Assembly (NCBI GenBank): GCA_951406725.2
Contig: OX597831.1
Span: 3,906,001-3,970,000, forward strand
Reading direction: 5' to 3'
Source: Octopus vulgaris
Lineage: Eukaryota
Length of the DNA: 64,000 nucleotides
Positions 27,581 through 41,324 of the stretch are shown piece after piece. The first letter of the stretch is position 1. Each line of letters begins with the position of its first letter. A program made the position numbers and the translations under genes. The notes under the pieces are model-generated. The model made no database searches, was not told the origin of the DNA, and saw only the letters and a list, made by a program, of their open reading frames with translations.

Positions 27581-27770
27581 GGAGTAGATAAAACAGGGGA
27601 CAACTGATGAAGGGAAAGTTCTTTATGTTGCCTATCTCGTTTCTCTGTTTATTTCGTTGTTCGAAAAAATATCGTTTAATATGTTTTTGTTTTTAATGTT
27701 CTCGTTTCTCATTGTATCTACATCTTTTTGATGTCCTGTACCCATATATGTATGTAGGAATGTACATATA
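27581..27770. repeat. Unclassified dispersed repeat, homologue of 2210-2420
   Basis: GGAGTAGATAAAACAGGGGACAACTGATGAAGGG...GATGTCCTGTACCCATATATG. Confidence 0.65.
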
Positions 27771-27779
27771 TACATATAC

Positions 27780-27879
<100 letters not shown>

Positions 27880-27997
27880 CCCAAATTCTGACTTGAAAGA
27901 CTTCACCAGGTGGTGCTATTAAGTTAGACATGGCCTGGGCCAATAATGGCCGAAACCTATCAAAGTATCAAAGTATCAAAGTATATATATATATATA

Positions 27998-28156
27998 GGT
28001 GCAGGTGTGGCTATGAGGTAATAGCTTGCTTACCAGCCACAGAGTTCCGGGCTCAGTCCCACTGCGTGGCAACTTGGGCAAGTGTCTTCTACTAAAGCCA
28101 CTCGCCGATCAAAGCTTTGCGAGTGATTTGGCAGACGGAAACTAAAAGAAGCCCGT
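27998..28156 (+). mobile_element. SINE family A, 5' half
   Basis: Head and CORE-like segment ending in SSR. Confidence 0.8.
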
Positions 28157-28166
28157 TATATACATA

Positions 28167-28210
<44 letters not shown>

Positions 28211-28226
28211 GCCAGACGAAATAGTC

Positions 28227-28673
28227 ATTTCTTTACTACCCAAAAGGGGCTAAACATAGAGTGGACAAACAAGGACAGACAAACGGATTAAGTCGATTAC
28301 ATCGACCCCAGTGCATAACTGGTACTTAATTTATCGACCCCGAAAGGATGAAAGGCAAAAATCGACCTCGGCAGAATTTGAACTCACAACGTAACGACAG
28401 ACGAAATACCGCTAAGCATTTCACCGTTCTGCTAACGATTCTTATTTCTTTATTGCCCACTAGGGGCTAAACATAGAGGGGACTAACACGGAGAGACAAA
28501 GGTATTAAGTCGATTATATCGACCCCAGTGCGTAACTGGTACTTAATTTATCGACCTAGAAAGGATAAAAGGCAAAGTCGACCTCGGCGGAATTTGAACT
28601 CAGAACGTAACGGCAGACGAAGTACGGCTAAGCATTTCACCCGGCGTGCTAACGATTCTGCCAGCTCGCCGCC
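28227..28673 (-). mobile_element. SINE family B dimer
   Basis: Two body plus tail 1 units joined near 28441. Confidence 0.88.
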
Positions 28674-29594
28674 TTTGCCCCTGTACTACTATTACATGTA
28701 AATCACTTACCGCGCTACCACCAATTTTGTCTAAGGAAATGGCAAGCCAATTAAACATGTCAACAGTGTCGTCGGAGAAACTTCCGTCAGATCCCACAAA
28801 GCCACAGTAGATACGACACGGCACTCTACCCAAGGGATTTCACAATTCCACCAAGGTGGTACTTCTGTGGTCCATATATAAATACCACTTTCTGGAATGG
28901 TACTTATGTATAGACTGCTATATGTGAGCAAGTGTGTGCTAGTATACGTTTACTGGCATCACAAAATTCAATCTTTGCCATGCGATAGATATGGCCCGAT
29001 AAAACGAGAAACGGGTGGAGATATATAATTGGTTAAAAAAACCCAACAACAATAATGAAATACATAAACGTGATACCCCAATATGGCGGATGTGCAATAA
29101 CTAAAACTCCTAAAAGAATTTATAATTTACGTTTTAAATTTGATGTTTTTTTCTTCTTTTCAATGAAGTAAAAATCACATTTTCGTTCGTTCCATCATCA
29201 ATACAACTTAAAAGTATACGTAGTTGTGAATATTTAAAACTTTCTTATTGAGGTCGTTGTGTATGCCGTTTTGACATTGCAAAAGCCAATCGCAATATAA
29301 TAACGTGTGCATTGAATTAAATATTGAAACGCTTGAAATAAATAACGTTCTTTACTGCTTAATATTAGAGGGAAAAGAAACCGATGCATATTTTATTAGG
29401 AATATTCTTAGCTGCATTTGACTGAGATGGGAAGTAATCATTTTATGCGAATATTCGTTTTAAATAGAATTATACACACGTGCATACATATACATACATG
29501 CGTACATATATACACACGCACATGCGTATACACATTTGCATACATATGTATATATATATAATTATTTACATATGAATAGTTATCTCTCTCTCTC

Positions 29595-29644
<50 letters not shown>

Positions 29645-29673
29645 ATATATGCATGTATATATATGTATGTATG

Positions 29674-29732
<59 letters not shown>

Positions 29733-30042
29733 GTATGTATGTATATTCGTGGACTTATATAATTATATATAAATATATGTATACACATATATGCACATAT
29801 CCATACGCATGTATATTTATGTGTGTGTGAGTATTTCTGTGCATATATAATTATATATATATATACACACACACGCACACACACATATATATATTTCTGA
29901 CGTCATAAGAATTTTTAAACCTTCGAGAGAACGTGAAATAATTCACTGTTTTAGAACTGGATCTTGAAGTACACATAAAAGCAGTAAATAACAACATGTA
30001 AATACTGGGTTTGTAAACCCTTTCTTGATTGGAAAATTCGAC

Positions 30043-30113
30043 GGCCGCCCATGCGACTCGAACCCACATCTGCTGTGGATATGACAGGCTTTCTACCATT
30101 GGACAAAAGCAAC
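30043..30113 (-). other. Degenerate tRNA-like sequence or SINE head
   Basis: Minus strand A-box-like TGTCCAATGG and B-box GGGTTCGAGTC; the cloverleaf does not close properly. Confidence 0.35.
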
Positions 30114-30784
30114 CTTTCGAATTTCTCTATCCTGTTTAGAAACTTTATTCTTACCAGCGGGAATCGCATGTTGCAGGACGGAAAAGGATTTAAAACTACT
30201 TAAAATATAGTTGTAATAATGAAGTCAAACCAAACAGCGTATGTAACAGTTTGGCGTAACGTATTGCACAAACTTGAAACGTATACATTAAACGATTTCA
30301 AAATAGTATGATTTGGTATGACTTCGTTATTATAATTGATACGATAGTACAAACTAGCCGGTTTTGTATTTGGTTTGCAAAATTCTTTATGTGAAATCGT
30401 GTGTTGAAGCAAATTTTATTGTTGTTTGGGAGGGTCATTACGCCAATATTAATAACACACGCACCGGTACAATTCCATTACTTTATTATAAGTCAACTGG
30501 TTAAATCTATCCAACTAACTAATCAATCGTATGTTTAATGTTTAACGTGTTGGTCAAATAATCAATGTTGTTTCTTTCGTCCGTTAAAGTTCTTTCGCCG
30601 CCATTCGCAACCATTCAGTGACTGATCTCCCTCCGAAGGGCACCTTCGTCTGTAGATGTAGAACAGGTGCATGTGTTATGCATATTGGCGTAATGATTCT
30701 CCCGAGATACAACAATCGAATCCTCCGTGTGTTAAAATGGATCTCCTAACAGCAATGTAAACATCATATAATCAAGTCACCCTT

Positions 30785-30868
30785 GGCCTGAAGAGTAGCC
30801 TGTGGTATACGCCTCGCTTGGATATTTACTACTTTAGAGGTTTCGCTTGCTATGAAACATATGTAGCC
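30785..30868 (+). ncRNA. Type I hammerhead ribozyme motif with extended helix II
   Basis: GGC-CTGAAGA-GTAGC(49 nt)GCTAT-GAAA-CATATG-TA-GCC; all core nucleotides canonical, GUA triplet. Confidence 0.7.
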
Positions 30869-31107
30869 TGGATTTTATCTACTCCATTCCTTAATTTTTA
30901 GATTTTTATTCGTATACCCGGCAACCCTGGTTGCCAACCGTAAATTATAAAATAATTTTTTTTCAGATTATCTTAATTCGATACGGGAAAAATTCATACC
31001 TTCTGCACCAAAAAGTCACTATCGTTCTTGAAAGTTATTTTTTATATTTTCTACTGATTACTTGAACCTCACTTACTTCCTACACCTTGATCCTTGGATC
31101 GTACCTT

Positions 31108-31182
<75 letters not shown>

Positions 31183-31183
31183 G

Positions 31184-31441
31184 GTGGAAGGTGTTTATAA
31201 GCCATTTAAGAAACACACAAAATCCGTTAGATTCACTTCAACATTTAAATTTTATTTGTCAAAATATTTCCGTCGCTCTGAGACCGCGACCTGTTCACTG
31301 ACAAAATTCCGTGCTGTTGAAGTGAATCTAAAATATTTTGTGTGTTTCTTAAATGGCTTATAAACACCTTCCACGCTGCAATTGCTTTTGTTCCAGCACA
31401 CGATCTCAGATCAGGTCACTTTACTATGCGAGTACATCTCC

Positions 31442-31445
<4 letters not shown>
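31184..31445. mobile_element. Fold-back element (arms 31184-31243 and 31315-31374) with a variant hammerhead in the spacer
   Basis: 60-bp inverted arms; between (CA)n and (TA)n tracts. Confidence 0.8.
31255..31305 (-). ncRNA. Hammerhead-like motif, G3-C8 variant
   Basis: TTTGTCA-GTGAACA-G-GTCGC(9 nt)GCGAC-GGAA-ATAT-TT-TGACAAA; 7-bp helix I and 5-bp helix II. Confidence 0.55.
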
Positions 31446-31502
<57 letters not shown>

Positions 31503-31688
31503 ATATAAAATTGAATAGATATGACTTTTCTGATAATTTTTCCATTTTATAATTTGATGACACCGAAGAACTTATAAACAGCTCATTATTAAAGTGGAAA
31601 AATTATCAGAAAATCCATTTCTATTCATTGTTTTCAAATATATAATACTGTACCAAGGACTTTCGATTACTTTTCTACAATACATACG

Positions 31689-31771
<83 letters not shown>

Positions 31772-32255
31772 CAGGGATTATCGTTCTTGATACTTACATT
31801 TCCGCTTTTACCTCTTCTAAAGCTGTCGGTATATAAGCTAATCTAGAATGGATTTTTCAATGGCTGAATCTATGTGTGAGCATAGCGGATGACTGATATT
31901 TGATAAATTTCCCATTCGCTTACTTATTTGATGTCAACTCAGATTGGAGACATTGTACCAAGACACTGATATTCATAGACAGTTTTCCAGATTTTTCGAT
32001 CCATATATTATGCAGTTAATTTAATAAAGATTTGGACTAGCTCAAATGTTTTTTTTATTATGCATTAAATAAAATGTGTAAGAAAGGAAAAAAAAGGAAG
32101 AAACTGAAATAGGAATTGTAATAAAAAGATAAGACAAAACTAAAAGCGAACACCTGGCGCTCTTCGTATATTGATTTCTTATAAGTCTACAAATATATTG
32201 GAAACCACACAGAGTGCCATATATGTTAATATATAAATACATAGATACATACATA

Positions 32256-32301
<46 letters not shown>

Positions 32302-32305
32302 CATA

Positions 32306-32408
<103 letters not shown>

Positions 32409-32540
32409 CTGTCTGTGCGTGTGTGAGAGTGTAGGGTGTCTGTGGGGGGTAGTCCAATAGCCATTTGAATCTAACTATATACTTACGCACAAACATTTAC
32501 ACAAACACACATACGAACACAAACGCGTTCATACACATAT

Positions 32541-32601
<61 letters not shown>

Positions 32602-32732
32602 ACCGCGCTCGTGCACACTCAAATGCACATCCGGTATGGGGTTGTTACGTGCATGAAGACAGAATGATGGGGTAGATTCTTGTCTGGGTACCACATAAGC
32701 TTTTTGAACGCTCCACATGAACATATTGACAT

Positions 32733-32764
<32 letters not shown>

Positions 32765-33136
32765 TGTATGTATGTATGTATGCATGTATATATGTATGTA
32801 TGTGTGTGTGTATATGTGTATGTGTGTGTATGTACATATGTATGTATATATGTATGTATGCATGTGCATATATGTGTGTGTATATATGTATGTATGAAGG
32901 TATGTATGTATGCAAGGATGTGTGTTTGTATGTATGTATGTATGTATGTATGTATGTGTGTATGTATATATGCATATATGTGTGTGTGTATGTATGAATG
33001 TATGTATATATGAATGCATGTATGTATGTATGCATGCATATATCTAAGAATGTACGCATCTATGTAGGCATTTATGTAGACATGTATATATGTTTGTATG
33101 CATGTGTATATGTATCTCTATGTTTATTTGTGTGTA

Positions 33137-33179
<43 letters not shown>

Positions 33180-33524
33180 CATTCACCCGCACACACGTAC
33201 ACACACTCACACACAGACACAGATATACGTACGTGTCTATGTATGTTGGTCGGTTCTCACACATATACACACTCAAAACCTCTATCCCTCCTTCACAAAC
33301 AGAAATGCACATACACGCATACACACATTCACATACATAGATGCATGCATACATATATGAACGTATGTGTGTATTCATCCAACCATGCATCTATCTATCC
33401 TTACATACAAGCATACATACCTACAAATATATATATATATATACATCTATATCCATATATATATATATATATATATGTAGTATATGTAATATATCTATCT
33501 GTACATAATATATATATACATATA

Positions 33525-33562
<38 letters not shown>

Positions 33563-33748
33563 CTGTGAGTGTGTGTACATGTATGCATGTGTGTGTATAT
33601 ATATATGACTATACCACATATACAGATACGTATATGTATATATGTGTGTGAGTATGTGTGTGTGTTACTATATATACGCATGTGTGTGTTTGTATGTATG
33701 TGTATATATAGATTGGCATATGTGTTTATATATATCTATATATGTAAA

Positions 33749-33779
<31 letters not shown>

Positions 33780-34057
33780 AGAGAGAGAGAGAGAAAAAGA
33801 GGGAGAGAGAGAGAGAGAGAGAAAGGGAAGTTAAGTGTGTGTGAGAGAAAGTGAGCGACAGAAATGGAGGCAGTGGCGGGTGTGAAGAGAAAACAGTAGC
33901 TGTGGCAACCTCTATGAGATGGCCCCTCGATAAAGAGCCGCATTAATATAACCCCGACACAAAGAAACATTTTCAAACAAAGGGACATTAAAAGGCCTAT
34001 AAAACCGATGATGAGGTAGACATAAATATCAGCCTATTAGCAGCCTATTAGCGAACC

Positions 34058-34139
34058 CTACCACCACCACCACCACCACCACCACCACCACCACCACCAC
34101 CACTACTACAACTACTACTGCTACTACTACTACCACCAG

Positions 34140-34180
<41 letters not shown>

Positions 34181-34388
34181 ATAATAATAATAATACTATT
34201 ACCACTACTACCACCACCACCACCACCACCATCAGCACCACCATCACCGCTGCTACTGCTGCTGCTGCTGCTACTACTACTACTACTACTACTACTACTA
34301 TTACTACTATTACTACTACTATTACTACTACTACTACCACCACTACTACTACCACCACCACCACCACCACCATCATCACCACCGCAGT

Positions 34389-34432
<44 letters not shown>
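34058..34432. repeat. Compound (CAC)n/(TAC)n microsatellite
   Basis: Direct reading. Confidence 0.95.
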
Positions 34433-34433
<1 letters not shown>

Positions 34434-35089
34434 GCCCATTGACCTAAAAACAATTTGATTGTGTGATTACATTGCTGTCGTCATCATCGTCATTAGTATT
34501 AATGTTGTTGTTGTTGTTGTTGTTGTTGTTGCAGTTGATGTCGTTTCTGGTTGTTGTAGTTGTTGTAGTTGCTGTTGTAGTTGTTCTTCTTCTTCTCATC
34601 GGTGGTGTTATTGTAGTGAGTGATGCTGCTCAGCCGTAGTTTTGTTTATCTGGAGGCTATATTGATTCGGTTATCGATTATTGATTGGAATTTACACACC
34701 TGAACATCTAGGACACCACTAAGAAACAGCAGCATCTGCAACAACATCGTAACTAAATAAAGGACAAACGATAACAAAAACAACAAAAAAATACAAACAA
34801 AAAAAAACCCCAACGAAATAACGCAGCACTCTCAATACAACAACAACAACAAGAAGAAGAAGAACAACAACAACGGTATGAATTATTCAGATTTTTTTTT
34901 TTCGTCTTCTAAACAGAACTGATTACTAACAAAGTGACAAGGAGATATCGCTTCGGCGTCGGCATCCACCCAATTCTTCTTATCTCTATCTCCAGTAGAC
35001 TGTAATGACTCGAGTATTTACGATGTTTTACAGAGCCTCACCGTTCTTTTAATTGATCTGTAAGAAGCGAAGCTGTCCCCGCCCCAGCA

Positions 35090-35304
35090 GTATTATTATT
35101 ATTATTATTATTATTATTTCAGGCCTTGTGTCAAGATCAGAAATTATTATTATTATTATTATTATTATTAGTATTATTTCAGGCCTTGTGTCAAGATCAG
35201 AAATTATTATTATTATTATTAGTATTATTTCAGGCCTTGTGTCAAGATCAGAAATTATTATTATTATTATTAGTATTATTTCAGGCCTTGTGTCAAGATC
35301 AGAA

Positions 35305-35373
<69 letters not shown>

Positions 35374-35440
35374 GTTGTTGTTATTATTATTATTATTATT
35401 ATCATTATTATTATTATTATTATTGTTATTATTATTATTA
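35090..35440. repeat. (ATT)n tract containing four identical 25-bp units TCAGGCCTTGTGTCAAGATCAGAAA
   Basis: Units start at about 35119, 35179, 35230 and 35281. Confidence 0.9.
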
Positions 35441-35944
35441 CGCTGGGCAAGTACTGGGTCGATGTATTCAACTTACCCTCTTCTTTGAAATTACTGGCCT
35501 TGTGCTGAAATTTCTGCAATCACTGCTGAGAAGTTGAAACCCTTGTAGTTGATTGATATTAATATAAAACAATACAATAAAATAAATTATAAAATTAAGG
35601 ATAAATTAAAAAGATCTTAGATTCAGATCACATTCATTTTAAAAATACCCACAAAATACACTACTGTGTGGAATTTTTAAATTTCTATGATGAATATGAA
35701 CATTAAGAATAATATAACAGGCAATCTTCATGATAATATATATTAAATCAAAACTTTAACAAAAGATATAATTATTCATTGAAATGAAACCTGCGTTAGT
35801 CACATGGGGTAATTAGACAAAAACGACGTCTACCTCCCACGACAACTGAACCACGACTGCGCCATATCACCTGGAACATACCCTCACTGAGTCAGAAGAA
35901 TAGAGGAAGGGAGCAAAATAATGATAATAATAATAATAATAATA

Positions 35945-36154
35945 AAAATATTCAGACTAATACATAACAAAAACACCAGGACTTACAAACACATAACATA
36001 CAGAAAATTGCACTACTAGGCACTGCACACATCCTACGCAGAACACTTTCCATACAATAACAATCAGAGCATCATAACAAATCACAGCACATACCCAAGG
36101 CACACAGAGCTGCGCTCGGTAGTGAAGTGAAAGCACGCTATAAAAATAAAACTA

Positions 36155-36157
<3 letters not shown>
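35945..36157 (+). mobile_element. R4/Dong LINE 3' end in (TAA)n
   Basis: IQKIALLGTAHILRRTLSIQ* plus 3' UTR, flanked by (TAA)n. Confidence 0.85.
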
Positions 36158-36218
<61 letters not shown>

Positions 36219-36222
<4 letters not shown>

Positions 36223-36563
36223 TACCTGTTGTCATAGGTGCCCTGGAAATGATAGCAAAAGAGGCTGATTGCTAGCTAACTCAGATACCAGGAAACCCCA
36301 AAATGGCAGAAATTCAAAAGATAGTGCTCATGGGAACTGCCCATATCCTACGCAAAATACTTTCTATGTAATCTCAAGTTTTAAAACAAACACAATTTTC
36401 TTATGGTTTCTTAAAAATTCACTAGTACAACACTAAGTACAAAACCAAATATATGGCAGCCTAGGCATAACACCAACATGAACTTCCAACTTGTTGTCTC
36501 TTGAAGTCTCTGGGTGAGTCTTGGAGCCAACTTGTACAAATGTAAAGCAAAAGTCAACCATAG
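36219..36563 (+). mobile_element. R4/Dong LINE 3' end (second family) in (TAA)n
   Basis: TIPVVIGAL...EIQKIVLMGTAHILRKILSM* plus 3' UTR. Confidence 0.85.
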
Positions 36564-37234
<671 letters not shown>

Positions 37235-37993
37235 GTTCGCAAACTAGAAATTACGAGTATTTAAATAAAATTGAGCTGACATCATACCCCATGTAACTAA
37301 CGAAATGTTAAATGAAGCATTAAAAAGTGGACAGATTTTCATTTCTTTTTGGTTTTCTGCATTTATTCTGTAAAGACTCTCTAAAATAGTTTGAAATGAA
37401 GTATATTTTGAACGTTTTAGAGATTACTCTTGTTACTAAATGAATGTCTAAGAATTATGTTGTCTGGTCTTTTGTTAGAGAATCCCTAAATCTTAACACA
37501 ATTTCATTATTTGTTTATATAGATACGATCTGTTTTCTGTTATTCAATTTCTATTCCTGAACTCTTTGTAGAAAATCTGTATGAGATATAAAGGAAATAT
37601 GCAAAGTTTTACAGAACTTTGCCATTCCATTAATGGTTTTGAACAGAAATAATAGTATCTATTTCTTTCTATTATTGTTTTTAGCGACGATTAAACATTG
37701 TAGTAACAAAAACGCCGGGAACTGATAGATACGTTGTAACAAAGATCTGTGGAACTCGTGTGTGTCCCCTGTTACCGAAATATTAACTGAGAAACTAATG
37801 TTATCCTTCAGCGCTAGTTTTGACGATTGGTCGATCCCGTTCCGTATAATATTGCTCTCACCCCCCCCCAAAAAAAAAACGAACTAAACTCACCATATGG
37901 TACACTATATATATAGTTAATCCAAACATGAACAAAGAAAAAACACAACAACGCGAGGACGTGGAACAAGGATAGTGTTATTGGACGCTCAGG

Positions 37994-38028
37994 ATTTAAC
38001 GTTTCGAGCGGAGCTTTTCGTCAGAAAT
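37994..38028 (-). ncRNA. Minimal type I hammerhead motif
   Basis: ATTT-CTGACGA-A-AAGC(TCC)GCTC-GAAA-CG-TT-AAAT. Confidence 0.65.
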
Positions 38029-38068
38029 ATAGAAGGCACCATACCGAAAATGTTTATATATGCATACA

Positions 38069-38102
<34 letters not shown>

Positions 38103-38107
38103 CATAC

Positions 38108-38164
<57 letters not shown>

Positions 38165-38221
38165 ACCTCGTTGGCGATTTTTTCCTCTGTCTTTCCTTCT
38201 CTGGATCTTTCCTTCTCCTAT

Positions 38222-38256
38222 GTTTCCGACGAAGAGCTCCGCTCGAAACGTTAAAC
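38222..38256 (+). ncRNA. Minimal type I hammerhead motif, U4C variant
   Basis: GTTT-CCGACGA-A-GAGC(TCC)GCTC-GAAA-CG-TT-AAAC. Confidence 0.65.
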
Positions 38257-38350
38257 CCTCCTTCTTTCCTTCTTTCCTGAGCGTCCAATAATACTATATT
38301 TGTTCCACGTCCTCGCGTTGTTGTGTTTTTTTGTGCTTTCTTGTTTGGAT

Positions 38351-38390
<40 letters not shown>

Positions 38391-38916
38391 TACACAACTA
38401 AAATGCGGATGGAGAAAATCACATCTTTAATTGTTGAATTCACCATGCAAAGCCGACTATCGTTTCTGTTCCGTCAACATATTTAGATACAGATAATAAC
38501 TATCAAATCAATACATCCGAAAATACATGTTAACACAACGTTTTCAATGCGACCCGAAATTAGTTATATTCAAAGTGAACTAAGAAAATATTTCCAGGAT
38601 ACGAATGCATACAAAAAGAATGTTTTCTCTATCCATATTTTTGCTGTGCAATACTATGTATTTCTCGGAATTCTTCTAAACGGTATTTGGATCTACTTGT
38701 CACACACGAGGAATTACATGGGGAAGTGCCTGATTGTTTGATATTGTTGGATATAGTAAACCAAATTCGTTTAAAACTGTGTGCTTTATTGATACAGTAT
38801 AAATATAAAACTGTGTGCTTTATTGATATCTGCCTGGATTTTTATCGCCCCTTTTCGTTCTTATAAATATATATATATACATATGCATACATACATATAT
38901 ATACACATATATATAC

Positions 38917-38963
<47 letters not shown>

Positions 38964-39063
38964 TACATTACGAACATATATATACATATACGTATATATA
39001 TATATATATATATATATAAATATATATATATACACATATATACATACACATCTATCTCAGTCT

Positions 39064-39118
<55 letters not shown>

Positions 39119-39266
39119 GTATATATATGTGAGTTTGTATATATATATATGTATATGTGTGTGTATATATAGATAATACATATATCTATATATTTATATA
39201 TATGTGTATATATATGTATGTGTGCGTATATATATAAATACATAAATCTATATACCTATACGTATA

Positions 39267-39316
<50 letters not shown>

Positions 39317-39337
39317 CATACATGCATACATATATAA

Positions 39338-39391
<54 letters not shown>

Positions 39392-40227
39392 AATGAAGTT
39401 TCTTACATTGTTAAAATTCATATTTCGCTCTGCACCCACCTTACGATTTATTTTGATGAGTTCTAACAACATACTATTAATATCGTTATGCAGAACCCAT
39501 AGCGTCTTTGAAAATAAATTTTTTAAAAAATTGTGACCGATTTGACTGCCTAAACTCTTAATGGTGCTGATCCAGCGAGACCGAAGTTCCATGACAGCAA
39601 CAAGTAGAAGATTAAAAGAACACAAGACTATTCCCTGTATATAAATATAATCATCGTCTCAGAGGAAGACGTGAAATATTGGATTTAGATTTAATTGTAA
39701 AATGTTGCACTCAAAAAAGTATGTTTATCTTTATTTTAATATTTACATTTTATTCTTTCACATGGTTCACTCCCTTACATGAAAAAAAAGTACAGGATGT
39801 ACACAATCTAAATATCGATTTTATGCGAAATTGAAAAAAAATTGACGGGCGACGAGTATAATATCGAACGCATGACGTAGATCGTAGGATATAGAATAAA
39901 AAGACAAATGGTTGTTATAGTTCTGCATTTGCATTCAGAGTATGTGTGCATCTAGCTCGATTCGAGACACGTAACCACCAAAGTAAATAAATGAATAGAA
40001 TAAATAAATAAATGATTCTTCAAAAAACTCTACAAACGAAACATTATCACAAGAAATACACACACGTATTCCTACACTTCCCTACACACGCATAAACACA
40101 CACATGCTCATATACATAAACACATATATACATTCTTGCATGTATTTCTATGCAAACATATGTACATACATACATACACACATACATACATACATACATA
40201 CATACATACATACATACATACATACAG

Positions 40228-40957
40228 ATGCAGGAAAAGTTGTAAAACGTGACAACCGATGCAGGCTTTGTGGAGCTGACACCGAAGATATTACCCACAT
40301 CATAAGCAGTCGTCCAAAAATGTCATCACGGTATTATCTACCGATGAGACATGACGTTGTAGCTAGGACACGCTCAAATGAAATTCGTCGGAAGGATAAC
40401 CCCGAAGACAAAGGAATAAGAATCCACAGTTTGGTAGAAACCATAGCCATTCATAATAAAAAGGAATACAGGTGGAATGCCTTAATAAAATGTGTCCAAA
40501 TACAAGCACAACAGACCTGATAAAATGGTTTGGGATAGAAAAGAGAAACTGTATACAGTTGTGAAAATTAGCAGCCCAGCGGATGTTAACATAAAGCTGA
40601 AGATCAGTGAAATAGAGAATACCTACGCTGAACTATTGAGAAATCTGCAGTTACTCTATCCAGATTACAAGTTCAGGTTTATACCTGTAATTATTGGGGC
40701 TCTGGGATATGTAACACACTGCCTAAATACCAATCTTGAGAAATTAGACTTCTCAAAACCAGAAAGGAGAAAGCTAATTTGAAGACTGCATATCCAATCC
40801 ATCACTGGAACTATAAAAATCTGTAAGACTTTCCAGAAGTTTATCATTTAAATATATATTAGCATGTCTAGATATGCAACTATATGCATGAGAATGTATA
40901 CATAAAACAAAACATACAAATCTGCGCATATACATACATAGTACGTACGTACATACA

Positions 40958-40991
<34 letters not shown>

Positions 40992-41122
40992 CATACATAC
41001 ATACATACATACAAAAATACCCTGTTGCTGATGTTGGAATTCCAATGAAGGAGCCTTGAATCTACATTAGAAACTAGCTCTTTCACTATTGACATGAAAT
41101 CTTGAAATAAAACTGAACACTG
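40228..41122 (+). mobile_element. R4/Dong-type LINE 3' part (CCHC finger, RLE endonuclease, 3' UTR)
   Basis: CRLCGADTEDITHIISS, RHDVVA, HNRPD and FIPVIIGALG motifs; flanked by (TACA)n and (CA)n. Confidence 0.88.
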
Positions 41123-41291
41123 ACACACACACGCACACTCACACACACACATAGTAACACAAAGGGAGGAATTTCGATTATCCCCACGTGATGAGTTGTA
41201 ATGCAAAACAAATAGACATAAAATAAAAGAAGAAAAATACACACACTTTACATAGTTTTAATATACTCTTTATTATATTTTAGATTGTGTT

Positions 41292-41324
41292 TGTCGACCG
41301 GTTTTGCTTTCGCTCATCATGGCA
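41292..41324 (-). ncRNA. Degenerate minimal hammerhead motif
   Basis: TGCC-ATGATGA-GC(GAAA)GC-AAAA-CCGG-TC-GACA; palindromic ACCGGT helix III and GUC triplet, but C3A and G12A mutations. Confidence 0.5.

Larger units (their letters stand above)
37915..38355. mobile_element. Inverted pair of hammerhead-bearing repeats (37915-38032 minus; about 38160-38355 plus)
   Basis: Arms are reverse-complement homologues ending TTGGATTAACT in (TA)n; each carries a minimal hammerhead motif. Confidence 0.8.

Noticed and set aside
30043-30113. Functional tRNA gene
   Set aside because: A and B boxes are present but the acceptor and anticodon stems do not form; retained only as a tRNA-like relic.
35119-35305. 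CRISPR-like repeat-spacer pattern
   Set aside because: The spacers are just (ATT)n, the context is eukaryotic, there are no cas genes, and the repeat resembles a SINE tail.
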